Positions 39,501 to 54,500 of a stretch of 64,000 nucleotides of DNA are shown here, piece by piece. Source of the DNA: Auanema rhodensis (Eukaryota > Animalia > Nematoda). The stretch is taken from contig OZ059894.1 in the NCBI GenBank assembly GCA_964057225.1, positions 17,980,001-18,044,000 of the forward strand. Reading direction: 5' to 3'. Position 1 is the first letter of the stretch. Each line of letters begins with the position of its first letter. The position numbers were made by a program, and so were the translations under genes. The notes beneath the pieces were generated by a model, which made no database searches, was not told where the DNA came from, and worked only from the letters and a program-made list of their open reading frames with translations.

Positions 39501-42500
39501 TCACGTAAATTTCAAAGTCATGGTTACTATGCGCCTATATCAATAAAAATTTGGTTTTTAGACTAATATGGCCATGGGGAGTGTAATTTTGAAAACCACA
39601 TCTCTTTATCTTTTACGGGAAGCGAGTTACATATCATGTGCTCATCACGTGTACATTTAATTAGCATAAATTAAAGTTCACGTAAATTTCAAAGTCATGG
39701 TTACCATGCACCTATATCAATAAAAATTCGTTTTCAGTAAAATATGGCCATGGGGAATCTAATTTTGAAAACGGCATCTCTTTATCTTTTACGGGAAACG
39801 AGTTACATACCATGTGCACATCACGTGTACATTTAATTAGCATAAATTAAAATTCACGTAAATTTCAAAGTCATGGTTACCATGCACCTATATCAATAGA
39901 AATTTGTTTTTAGTCTAATATGGCCATGGGGAATCTAATTTTGAAAACGGCATCTCTTCATCTTTGAGTTACATACCATGTGTACATCACGTGTACATTT
40001 AATTAGCATAAATTAAAGTTCACGTAAATTTCAAAGTCATGGTTACTATGCACCTATAACAATAAAAATTTGTTTTTAGTGTAATATGGCCATGGGGAAT
40101 CTAATTTTGAAAACGGCATCTCTTCATCTTTGAGTTACATACCATGTGTACATCACGTGTACATTTAATTAGCATAAATTAAAGTTCACGTAAATTTCAA
40201 AGTCATGGTTACTATGCACCTATAACAATAAAAATTTGTTTTTAGTCTAATATGGCCATGGGGAATCTAATTTTGAAAACGGCATCTCTTCATCTTTGAG
40301 TTACATACCATGTGTACATCACGTGTACATTTAATTAGCATAAATTAAAGTTCACGTAAATTTCAAAGTCATGGTTACTATGCACCTATAACAATAAAAA
40401 TTTGTTTTTAGTCTAATATGGCCATGGGGAATCTAATTTTGAAAACGGCATCTCTTCATCTTTGAGTTACATACCATGTGTACATCACGTGTACATTTAA
40501 TTAGCATAAATTAAAGTTCACGTAAATTTCAAAGTCATGGTTACTATGCACCTATAACAATAAAAATTTGTTTTTAGTCTAATATGGCCATGGGGAATCT
40601 AATTTTGAAAACGGCATCTCTTCATCTTTGAGTTACATACCATGTGTACATCACGTGTACATTTAATTAGCATAAATTAAAGTTCACGTAAATTTCAAAG
40701 TCATGGTTACTATGCGCCTATATCAATAAAAATTGGTTTTTAGACTAATATGGCCATGGGGAGTGTAATTTTGAAAACCACATCTCTTTATCTTTTACGG
40801 GAAGCGAGTTACATATCATGTGCTCATCACGTGTACATTTAATTAGCATAAATTAAAGTTCACGTAAATTTCAAAGTCATGGTTACCATGCACCTATATC
40901 AATAAAAATTCGTTTTCAGTCTAATATGGCCATGGGGAATCTAATTTTGAAAACGGCATCTCTTAATCTTTTACGGGAAACGAGTTACATACCATGTGCA
41001 CATCACGTGTACATTTAATTAGCATAAATTAAAATTCACGTAAATTTCAAAGTCATGGTTACCATGCACCTATATCAATAAAAATTCGTTTTCAGTCTAA
41101 TATGGCCATGGGGAATCTAATTTTGAAAACCACATCTCTTTATCTTTCACGGGAAGCGAGTTACATATCATGTGCTCATCACGTGTACATTTAATTAGCA
41201 TAAATTAAAGTTCACGTAAATTTCAAAGTCATGGTTACTATGCGCCTATATCAATAAAAATTGGTTTTTAGACTAATATGGCCATGGGGAGTGTAATTTT
41301 GAAAACCACATCTCTTTATCTTTTACGGGAAACGAGTTACATACCATGTGTACATCACGTGTACATTTAATTAGCATAAATTAAAGTTCACGTAAATTTC
41401 AAAGTCATGGTTACTATGCACCTATAACAATAAAAATTTGTTTTTAGTCTAATATGGCCATGGGGAGTGTAATTTTGAAAACCACATCTCTTTATCTTTT
41501 ACGGGAAGCGAGTTACATATCATGTGCTCATCACGTGTACATTTAATTAGCATAAATTAAAGTTCACGTAAATTTCAAAGTCATGGTTACCATGCACCTA
41601 TATCAATAAAAATTCGTTTTCAGTCTAATATGGCCATGGGGAATCTAATTTTGAAAACGGCATCTCTTCATCTTTGAGTTACATACCATGTGTACATCAC
41701 GTGTACATTTAATTAGCATAAATTAAAGTTCACGTAAATTTCAAAGTCATGGTTACTATGCGCCTATATCAATAAAAATTGGTTTTTAGACTAATATGGC
41801 CATGGGGAGTGTAATTTTGAAAACCACATCTCTTTATCTTTTACGGGAAGCGAGTTACATATCATGTGCTCATCACGTGTACATTTAATTAGCATAAATT
41901 AAAGTTCACGTAAATTTCAAAGTCATGGTTACCATGCACCTATATCAATAAAAATTCGTTTTCAGTCTAATATGGCCATGGGGAATCTAATTTTGAAAAC
42001 GGCATCTCTTAATCTTTTACGGGAAACGAGTTACATACCATGTGCACATCACGTGTACATTTAATTAGCATAAATTAAAATTCACGTAAATTTCAAAGTC
42101 ATGGTTACCATGCACCTATATCAATAGAAATTTGTTTTTAGTCTAATATGGCCATGGGGAATCTAATTTTGAAAACGGCATCTCTTCATCTTTGAGTTAC
42201 ATACCATGTGTACATCACGTGTACATTTAATTAGCATAAATTAAAGTTCACGTAAATTTCAAAGTCATGGTTACCATGCACCTATAACAATAAAAATTTG
42301 TTTTTAGTCTAATATGGCCATGGGGAATCTAATTTTGAAAACGGCATCTCTTCATCTTTGAGTTACATACCATGTGTACATCACGTGTACATTTAATTAG
42401 CATAAATTAAAGTTCACGTAAATTTCAAAGTCATGGTTACTATGCGCCTATATCAATAAAAATTGGTTTTTAGACTAATATGGCCATGGGGAGTGTAATT

Positions 42501-45500
42501 TTGAAAACCACATCTCTTTATCTTTTACGGGAAGCGAGTTACATATCATGTGCTCATCACGTGTACATTTAATTAGCATAAATTAAAGTTCACGTAAATT
42601 TCAAAGTCATGGTTACCATGCACCTATATCAATAAAAATTTGTTTTCAGTCTAATATGGAAATGGGAAATCTAATTTTGAAAACCGCATCTCTTTATCTT
42701 TTACGGGAAACGAGTTACATACCATGTGCACATCACGTGTACATTTAATTAGCATAAATTAAAATTCATGTAAATTTCAAAGTCATGGTTACCATGCACC
42801 TATATCAATAGAAATTTGTTTTCAGACTAATATTAACATGGGGAATCTAATTTTGAAAACCGCACCTCTTTATCTTTTACGGGAAGCGAGTTACATACCA
42901 TGTGCACATCACGTGTACGTTTAATTAGCATAAATTAAAGTTCACGTAAATTTCAAAGTCATGGTTACCATGCACCTATATCAATAAAAATTCGTTTTTA
43001 GTCTAATATGGCCATGGGGAATCTAATTTTGAAAACGGCATCTCTTTATCTTTTACGGGAAACGAGTTACATACCATGTGCACATCACGTGTACATTTAA
43101 TTAGCATAAATTAAAATTCACGTAAATTTCAAAGTCATGGTTACCATGCACCTATATCAATAGAAATTTGTTTTTAGTCTAATATGGCCATGGGGAATCT
43201 AATTTTGAAAACGGCATCTCTTCATCTTTGAGTTACATACCATGTGTACATCACGTGTACATTTAATTAGCATAAATTAAATATTCACATAAATTCACGT
43301 AAATTTCAAAGTCATGGTTACCATGCACCTATAACAATAAAAATTTGTTTTCATCTTTGAGTTACATACCATGTGTACATCACGTGTACATTTAATTAGC
43401 ATAAATTAAAGTTCACGTAAATTTCAAAGTCATGGTTACTATGCACCTATAACAATAAAAATTTGTTTTTAGTCTAATATGGCCATGGGGAATCTAATTT
43501 TGAAAACGGCATCTCTTCATCTTTGAGTTACATACCATGTGTACATCACGTGTACATTTAATTAGCATAAATTAAAGTTCACGTAAATTTCAAAGTCATG
43601 GTTACTATGCACCTATAACAATAAAAATTGGTTTTTAGACTAATATGGCCATGGGGAGTGTAATTTTGAAAACCACATCTCTTTATCTTTTACGGGAAGC
43701 GAGTTACATATCATGTGCTCATCACGTGTACATTTAATTAGCATAAATTAAAGTTCACGTAAATTTCAAAGTCATGGTTACCATGCACCTATAACAATAA
43801 AAATTTGTTTTTAGTCTAATATGGCCATGGGGAATCTAATTTTGAAAACGGCATCTCTTCATCTTTGAGTTACATACCATGTGTACATCACGTGTACATT
43901 TAATTAGCATAAATTAAAGTTCACGTAAATTTCAAAGTCATGGTTACTATGCGCCTATATCAATAAAAATTGGTTTTTAGACTAATATGGCCATGGGGAG
44001 TGTAATTTTGAAAACCACATCTCTTTATCTTTTACGGGAAGCGAGTTACATATCATGTGCTCATCACGTGTACATTTAATTAGCATAAATTAAAGTTCAC
44101 GTAAATTTCAAAGTCATGGTTACCATGCACCTATATCAATAAAAATTTGTTTTCAGTCTAATATGGAAATGGGAAATCTAATTTTGAAAACCGCATCTCT
44201 TTATCTTTTACGGGAAACGAGTTACATACCATGTGCACATCACGTGTACATTTAATTAGCATAAATTAAAATTCATGTATATTTCAAAGTCATGGTTACC
44301 ATGCACCTATATCAATAGAAATTTGTTTTCAGACTAATATTAACATGGGGAATCTAATTTTGAAAACCGCATCTCTTTATCTTTTACGGGAAGCGAGTTA
44401 CATACCATGTGCACATCACGTGTACGTTTAATTAGCATAAATTAAAGTTCACGTAAATTTCAAAGTCATGGTTACCATGCACCTATATCAATAAAAATTC
44501 GTTTTTAGTCTAATATGGCCATGGGGAATCTAATTTTGAAAACGGCATCTCTTCATCTTTGAGTTACATACCATGTGTACATCACGTGTACATTTAATTA
44601 GCATAAATTAAAGTTCACGTAAATTTCAAAGTCATGGTTACTATGCACCTATAACAATAAAAATTTGTTTTTAGTGTAATATGGCCATGGGGAATCTAAT
44701 TTTGAAAACGGCATCTCTTCATCTTTGAGTTACATACCATGTGTACATCACGTGTACATTTAATTAGCATAAATTAAAGTTCACGTAAATTTCAAAGTCA
44801 TGGTTACTATGCACCTATAACAATAAAAATTTGTTTTTAGTCTAATATGGCCATGGGGAATCTAATTTTGAAAACGGCATCTCTTCATCTTTGAGTTACA
44901 TACCATGTGTACATCACGTGTACATTTAATTAGCATAAATTAAAGTTCACGTAAATTTCAAAGTCATGGTTACTATGCACCTATAACAATAAAAATTTGT
45001 TTTTAGTCTAATATGGCCATGGGGAATCTAATTTTGAAAACGGCATCTCTTCATCTTTGAGTTACATACCATGTGTACATCACGTGTACATTTAATTAGC
45101 ATAAATTAAAGTTCACGTAAATTTCAAAGTCATGGTTACTATGCACCTATAACAATAAAAATTTGTTTTTAGTCTAATATGGCCATGGGGAATCTAATTT
45201 TGAAAACGGCATCTCTTCATCTTTGAGTTACATACCATGTGTACATCACGTGTACATTTAATTAGCATAAATTAAAGTTCACGTAAATTTCAAAGTCATG
45301 GTTACTATGCGCCTATATCAATAAAAATTGGTTTTTAGACTAATATGGCCATGGGGAGTGTAATTTTGAAAACCACATCTCTTTATCTTTTACGGGAAGC
45401 GAGTTACATATCATGTGCTCATCACGTGTACATTTAATTAGCATAAATTAAAGTTCACGTAAATTTCAAAGTCATGGTTACCATGCACCTATATCAATAA

Positions 45501-48500
45501 AAATTCGTTTTCAGTCTAATATGGCCATGGGGAATCTAATTTTGAAAACGGCATCTCTTAATCTTTTACGGGAAACGAGTTACATACCATGTGCACATCA
45601 CGTGTACATTTAATTAGCATAAATTAAAATTCACGTAAATTTCAAAGTCATGGTTACCATGCACCTATATCAATAAAAATTCGTTTTCAGTCTAATATGG
45701 CCATGGGGAATCTAATTTTGAAAACCACATCTCTTTATCTTTCACGGGAAGCGAGTTACATATCATGTGCTCATCACGTGTACATTTAATTAGCATAAAT
45801 TAAAGTTCACGTAAATTTCAAAGTCATGGTTACTATGCGCCTATATCAATAAAAATTGGTTTTTAGACTAATATGGCCATGGGGAGTGTAATTTTGAAAA
45901 CCACATCTCTTTATCTTTTACGGGAAACGAGTTACATACCATGTGTACATCACGTGTACATTTAATTAGCATAAATTAAAGTTCACGTAAATTTCAAAGT
46001 CATGGTTACTATGCACCTATAACAATAAAAATTTGTTTTTAGTCTAATATGGCCATGGGGAGTGTAATTTTGAAAACCACATCTCTTTATCTTTTACGGG
46101 AAGCGAGTTACATATCATGTGCTCATCACGTGTACATTTAATTAGCATAAATTAAAGTTCACGTAAATTTCAAAGTCATGGTTACCATGCACCTATATCA
46201 ATAAAAATTCGTTTTCAGTCTAATATGGCCATGGGGAATCTAATTTTGAAAACGGCATCTCTTCATCTTTGAGTTACATACCATGTGTACATCACGTGTA
46301 CATTTAATTAGCATAAATTAAAGTTCACGTAAATTTCAAAGTCATGGTTACTATGCGCCTATATCAATAAAAATTGGTTTTTAGACTAATATGGCCATGG
46401 GGAGTGTAATTTTGAAAACCACATCTCTTTATCTTTTACGGGAAGCGAGTTACATATCATGTGCTCATCACGTGTACATTTAATTAGCATAAATTAAAGT
46501 TCACGTAAATTTCAAAGTCATGGTTACCATGCACCTATATCAATAAAAATTCGTTTTCAGTCTAATATGGCCATGGGGAATCTAATTTTGAAAACGGCAT
46601 CTCTTAATCTTTTACGGGAAACGAGTTACATACCATGTGCACATCACGTGTACATTTAATTAGCATAAATTAAAATTCACGTAAATTTCAAAGTCATGGT
46701 TACCATGCACCTATATCAATAGAAATTTGTTTTTAGTCTAATATGGCCATGGGGAATCTAATTTTGAAAACGGCATCTCTTCATCTTTGAGTTACATACC
46801 ATGTGTACATCACGTGTACATTTAATTAGCATAAATTAAAGTTCACGTAAATTTCAAAGTCATGGTTACCATGCACCTATAACAATAAAAATTTGTTTTT
46901 AGTCTAATATGGCCATGGGGAATCTAATTTTGAAAACGGCATCTCTTCATCTTTGAGTTACATACCATGTGTACATCACGTGTACATTTAATTAGCATAA
47001 ATTAAAGTTCACGTAAATTTCAAAGTCATGGTTACTATGCGCCTATATCAATAAAAATTGGTTTTTAGACTAATATGGCCATGGGGAGTGTAATTTTGAA
47101 AACCACATCTCTTTATCTTTTACGGGAAGCGAGTTACATATCATGTGCTCATCACGTGTACATTTAATTAGCATAAATTAAAGTTCACGTAAATTTCAAA
47201 GTCATGGTTACCATGCACCTATATCAATAAAAATTTGTTTTCAGTCTAATATGGAAATGGGAAATCTAATTTTGAAAACCGCATCTCTTTATCTTTTACG
47301 GGAAACGAGTTACATACCATGTGCACATCACGTGTACATTTAATTAGCATAAATTAAAATTCATGTAAATTTCAAAGTCATGGTTACCATGCACCTATAT
47401 CAATAGAAATTTGTTTTCAGACTAATATTAACATGGGGAATCTAATTTTGAAAACCGCACCTCTTTATCTTTTACGGGAAGCGAGTTACATACCATGTGC
47501 ACATCACGTGTACGTTTAATTAGCATAAATTAAAGTTCACGTAAATTTCAAAGTCATGGTTACCATGCACCTATATCAATAAAAATTCGTTTTTAGTCTA
47601 ATATGGCCATGGGGAATCTAATTTTGAAAACGGCATCTCTTTATCTTTTACGGGAAACGAGTTACATACCATGTGCACATCACGTGTACATTTAATTAGC
47701 ATAAATTAAAATTCACGTAAATTTCAAAGTCATGGTTACCATGCACCTATATCAATAGAAATTTGTTTTTAGTCTAATATGGCCATGGGGAATCTAATTT
47801 TGAAAACGGCATCTCTTCATCTTTGAGTTACATACCATGTGTACATCACGTGTACATTTAATTAGCATAAATTAAATATTCACATAAATTCACGTAAATT
47901 TCAAAGTCATGGTTACCATGCACCTATAACAATAAAAATTTGTTTTCATCTTTGAGTTACATACCATGTGTACATCACGTGTACATTTAATTAGCATAAA
48001 TTAAAGTTCACGTAAATTTCAAAGTCATGGTTACTATGCACCTATAACAATAAAAATTTGTTTTTAGTCTAATATGGCCATGGGGAATCTAATTTTGAAA
48101 ACGGCATCTCTTCATCTTTGAGTTACATACCATGTGTACATCACGTGTACATTTAATTAGCATAAATTAAAGTTCACGTAAATTTCAAAGTCATGGTTAC
48201 TATGCACCTATAACAATAAAAATTGGTTTTTAGACTAATATGGCCATGGGGAGTGTAATTTTGAAAACCACATCTCTTTATCTTTTACGGGAAGCGAGTT
48301 ACATATCATGTGCTCATCACGTGTACATTTAATTAGCATAAATTAAAGTTCACGTAAATTTCAAAGTCATGGTTACCATGCACCTATAACAATAAAAATT
48401 TGTTTTTAGTCTAATATGGCCATGGGGAATCTAATTTTGAAAACGGCATCTCTTCATCTTTGAGTTACATACCATGTGTACATCACGTGTACATTTAATT

Positions 48501-51500
48501 AGCATAAATTAAAGTTCACGTAAATTTCAAAGTCATGGTTACTATGCGCCTATATCAATAAAAATTGGTTTTTAGACTAATATGGCCATGGGGAGTGTAA
48601 TTTTGAAAACCACATCTCTTTATCTTTTACGGGAAGCGAGTTACATATCATGTGCTCATCACGTGTACATTTAATTAGCATAAATTAAAGTTCACGTAAA
48701 TTTCAAAGTCATGGTTACCATGCACCTATATCAATAAAAATTTGTTTTCAGTCTAATATGGAAATGGGAAATCTAATTTTGAAAACCGCATCTCTTTATC
48801 TTTTACGGGAAACGAGTTACATACCATGTGCACATCACGTGTACATTTAATTAGCATAAATTAAAATTCATGTATATTTCAAAGTCATGGTTACCATGCA
48901 CCTATATCAATAGAAATTTGTTTTCAGACTAATATTAACATGGGGAATCTAATTTTGAAAACCGCATCTCTTTATCTTTTACGGGAAGCGAGTTACATAC
49001 CATGTGCACATCACGTGTACGTTTAATTAGCATAAATTAAAGTTCACGTAAATTTCAAAGTCATGGTTACCATGCACCTATATCAATAAAAATTCGTTTT
49101 TAGTCTAATATGGCCATGGGGAATCTAATTTTGAAAACGGCATCTCTTTATCTTTTACGGGAAACGAGTTACATACCATGTGCACATCACGTGTACATTT
49201 AATTAGCATAAATTAAAATTCACGTAAATTTCAAAGTCATGGTTACCATGCACCTATATCAATAGAAATTTGTTTTTAGTCTAATATGGCCATGGGGAAT
49301 CTAATTTTGAAAACGGCATCTCTTCATCTTTGAGTTACATACCATGTGTACATCACGTGTACATTTAATTAGCATAAATTAAAGTTCACGTAAATTTCAA
49401 AGTCATGGTTACCATGCACCTATAACAATAAAAATTTGTTTTTAGTCTAATATGGCCATGGGGAATCTAATTTTGAAAACGGCATCTCTTCATCTTTGAG
49501 TTACATACCATGTGTACATCACGTGTACATTTAATTAGCATAAATTAAAGTTCACGTAAATTTCAAAGTCATGGTTACTATGCGCCTATATCAATAAAAA
49601 TTGGTTTTTAGACTAATATGGCCATGGGGAGTGTAATTTTGAAAACCACATCTCTTTATCTTTTACGGGAAGCGAGTTACATATCATGTGTTCATCACGT
49701 GTACATTTAATTAGCATAAATTGAAGTTCACGTAAATTTCAAAGTCATGGTTACCATGCACCTATATCAATAAAAATTTGTTTTCAGTCTAATATGGAAA
49801 TGGGGAATCTAATTTTGAAAACCGCATCTCTTTATCTTTTACGGGAAACGAGTTACATACCATGTGTACATCACGTGTACATTTAATTAGCATAAATTAA
49901 AGTTCACGTAAATTTCAAAGTCATGGTTACTATGCACCTATAACAATAAAAATTTGTTTTTAGTCTAATATGGCCATGGGGAATCTAATTTTGAAAACGG
50001 CATCTCTTCATCTTTGAGTTACATACCATGTGTACATCACGTGTACATTTAATTAGCATAAATTAAAGTTCACGTAAATTTCAAAGTTATGGTTACCATG
50101 CACCTATATCAATAAAAATTTGTTTTCAGTCTAATATGGAAATGGGGAATCTAATTTTGAAAACCGCACCTCTTTATCTTTTACGGGAAGCGAGTTACAT
50201 ACCATGTGCACATCACGTGTACGTTTAATTAGCATAAATTAAAGTTCACGTAAATTTCAAAGTCATGGTTACCATGCACCTATATCAATAAAAATTCGTT
50301 TTTAGTCTAATATGGCCATGGGGAATCTAATTTTGAAAACGGCATCTCTTTATCTTTTACGGGAAACGAGTTACATACCATGTGCACATCACGTGTACAT
50401 TTAATTAGCATAAATTAAAATTCACGTAAATTTCAAAGTCATGGTTACCATGCACCTATATCAATAGAAATTTGTTTTTAGTCTAATATGGCCATGGGGA
50501 ATCTAATTTTGAAAACGGCATCTCTTCATCTTTGAGTTACATACCATGTGTACATCACGTGTACATTTAATTAGCATAAATTAAATATTCACATAAATTC
50601 ACGTAAATTTCAAAGTCATGGTTACCATGCACCTATAACAATAAAAATTTGTTTTCATCTTTGAGTTACATACCATGTGTACATCACGTGTACATTTAAT
50701 TAGCATAAATTAAAGTTCACGTAAATTTCAAAGTCATGGTTACTATGCACCTATAACAATAAAAATTTGTTTTTAGTCTAATATGGCCATGGGGAATCTA
50801 ATTTTGAAAACGGCATCTCTTCATCTTTGAGTTACATACCATGTGTACATCACGTGTACATTTAATTAGCATAAATTAAAGTTCACGTAAATTTCAAAGT
50901 CATGGTTACTATGCGCCTATATCAATAAAAATTGGTTTTTAGACTAATATGGCCATGGGGAGTGTAATTTTGAAAACCACATCTCTTTATCTTTTACGGG
51001 AAGCGAGTTACATATCATGTGCTCATCACGTGTACATTTAATTAGCATAAATTAAAGTTCACGTAAATTTCAAAGTCATGGTTACCATGCACCTATATCA
51101 ATAAAAATTTGTTTTCAGTCTAATATGGAAATGGGAAATCTAATTTTGAAAACCGCATCTCTTTATCTTTTACGGGAAACGAGTTACATACCATGTGCAC
51201 ATCACGTGTACATTTAATTAGCATAAATTAAAATTCATGTATATTTCAAAGTCATGGTTACCATGCACCTATATCAATAGAAATTTGTTTTCAGACTAAT
51301 ATTAACATGGGGAATCTAATTTTGAAAACCGCATCTCTTTATCTTTTACGGGAAGCGAGTTACATACCATGTGCACATCACGTGTACGTTTAATTAGCAT
51401 AAATTAAAGTTCACGTAAATTTCAAAGTCATGGTTACCATGCACCTATATCAATAAAAATTCGTTTTTAGTCTAATATGGCCATGGGGAATCTAATTTTG

Positions 51501-54500
51501 AAAACGGCATCTCTTTATCTTTTACGGGAAACGAGTTACATACCATGTGCACATCACGTGTACATTTAATTAGCATAAATTAAAATTCACGTAAATTTCA
51601 AAGTCATGGTTACCATGCACCTATATCAATAGAAATTTGTTTTTAGTCTAATATGGCCATGGGGAATCTAATTTTGAAAACGGCATCTCTTCATCTTTGA
51701 GTTACATACCATGTGTACATCACGTGTACATTTAATTAGCATAAATTAAAGTTCACGTAAATTTCAAAGTCATGGTTACCATGCACCTATAACAATAAAA
51801 ATTTGTTTTTAGTCTAATATGGCCATGGGGAATCTAATTTTGAAAACGGCATCTCTTCATCTTTGAGTTACATACCATGTGTACATCACGTGTACATTTA
51901 ATTAGCATAAATTAAAGTTCACGTAAATTTCAAAGTCATGGTTACTATGCGCCTATATCAATAAAAATTGGTTTTTAGACTAATATGGCCATGGGGAGTG
52001 TAATTTTGAAAACCACATCTCTTTATCTTTTACGGGAAGCGAGTTACATATCATGTGTTCATCACGTGTACATTTAATTAGCATAAATTGAAGTTCACGT
52101 AAATTTCAAAGTCATGGTTACCATGCACCTATATCAATAAAAATTTGTTTTCAGTCTAATATGGAAATGGGGAATCTAATTTTGAAAACCGCATCTCTTT
52201 ATCTTTTACGGGAAACGAGTTACATACCATGTGTACATCACGTGTACATTTAATTAGCATAAATTAAAGTTCACGTAAATTTCAAAGTCATGGTTACTAT
52301 GCACCTATAACAATAAAAATTTGTTTTTAGTCTAATATGGCCATGGGGAATCTAATTTTGAAAACGGCATCTCTTCATCTTTGAGTTACATACCATGTGT
52401 ACATCACGTGTACATTTAATTAGCATAAATTAAAGTTCACGTAAATTTCAAAGTTATGGTTACCATGCACCTATATCAATAAAAATTTGTTTTCAGTCTA
52501 ATATGGAAATGGGGAATCTAATTTTGAAAACCGCATCTCTTTATCTTTTACGGGAAGCGAGTTACATATCATGTGCTCATCACGTGTACATTTAATTAGC
52601 ATAAATTAAAGTTCACGTAAATTTCAAAGTTATGGTTACCATGCACCTATATCAATAAAAATTTGTTTTCAGTCTAATATGGCCATGGGGAATCTAATTT
52701 TGAAAACGGCATCTCTTTATCTTTTACGGGAAACGAGTTACATACCATGTGCACATCACGTGTACATTTAATTAGCATAAATTAAAATTCACGTAAATTT
52801 CAAAGTCATGGTTACTATGCGCCTATATCAATAAAAATTGGTTTTTAGACTAATATGGCCATGGGGAGTGTAATTTTGAAAACCACATCTCTTTATCTTT
52901 TACGGGAAGCGAGTTACATATCATGTGTTCATCACGTGTACATTTAATTAGCATAAATTGAAGTTCACGTAAATTTCAAAGTCATGGTTACCATGCACCT
53001 ATATCAATAAAAATTTGTTTTCAGTCTAATATGGAAATGGGGAATCTAATTTTGAAAACCGCATCTCTTTATCTTTTACGGGAAACGAGTTACATACCAT
53101 GTGTACATCACGTGTACATTTAATTAGCATAAATTAAAGTTCACGTAAATTTCAAAGTCATGGTTACTATGCACCTATAACAATAAAAATTTGTTTTTAG
53201 TCTAATATGGCCATGGGGAATCTAATTTTGAAAACGGCATCTCTTCATCTTTGAGTTACATACCATGTGTACATCACGTGTACATTTAATTAGCATAAAT
53301 TAAAGTTCACGTAAATTTCAAAGTTATGGTTACCATGCACCTATATCAATAAAAATTTGTTTTCAGTCTAATATGGAAATGGGGAATCTAATTTTGAAAA
53401 CCGCATCTCTTTATCTTTTACGGGAAACGAGTTACATACCATGTGCACATCACGTGTACATTTAATTAGCATAAATTAAAGTTCACGTAAATTTCAAAGT
53501 CATGGTTACCATGCACCTATATCAATAGAAATTTGTTTTTAGACTAATATTAACATGGGGAATCTAATTTTGAAAACCGCATCTCTTTATCTTTTACGGG
53601 AAGCGAGTTACATATCATGTGCTCATCACGTGTACATTTAATTAGCATAAATTAAAGTTCACGTAATATTCAAAGTTATGGTTACCATGCACCTATATCA
53701 ATAAAAATTTGTTTTCAGTCTAATATGGAAATGGGGAATCTAATTTTGAAAACCGCATCTCTTTATCTTTTACGGGAAACGAGTTACATACCATGTGTAC
53801 ATCACGTGTACATTTAATTAGCATAAATTAAAGTTCACGTAAATTTCAAAGTCATGGTTACTATGCACCTATAACAATAAAAATTTGTTTTTAGTCTAAT
53901 ATGGCCATGGGGAATCTAATTTTGAAAACGGCATCTCTTCATCTTTGAGTTACATACCATGTGTACATCACGTGTACATTTAATTAGCATAAATTAAAGT
54001 TCACGTAAATTTCAAAGTTATGGTTACCATGCACCTATATCAATAAAAATTTGTTTTCAGTCTAATATGGAAATGGGGAATCTAATTTTGAAAACCGCAT
54101 CTCTTTATCTTTTACGGGAAGCGAGTTACATATCATGTGCTCATCACGTGTAATTAGCATAAATTAAAGTTCACGTAAATTTCAAAGTTATGGTTACCAT
54201 GCACCTATATCAATAAAAATTTGTTTTCAGTCTAATATGGAAATGGGGAATCTAATTTTGAAAACCGCATCTCTTTATCTTTTACGGGAAACGAGTTACA
54301 TACCATGTGTACATCACGTGTACATTTAATTAGCATAAATTAAAGTTCACGTAAATTTCAAAGTCATGGTTACTATGCGCCTATATCAATAAAAATTGGT
54401 TTTTAGACTAATATGGCCATGGGGAGTGTAATTTTGAAAACCACATCTCTTTATCTTTTACGGGAAGCGAGTTACATATCATGTGTTCATCACGTGTACA

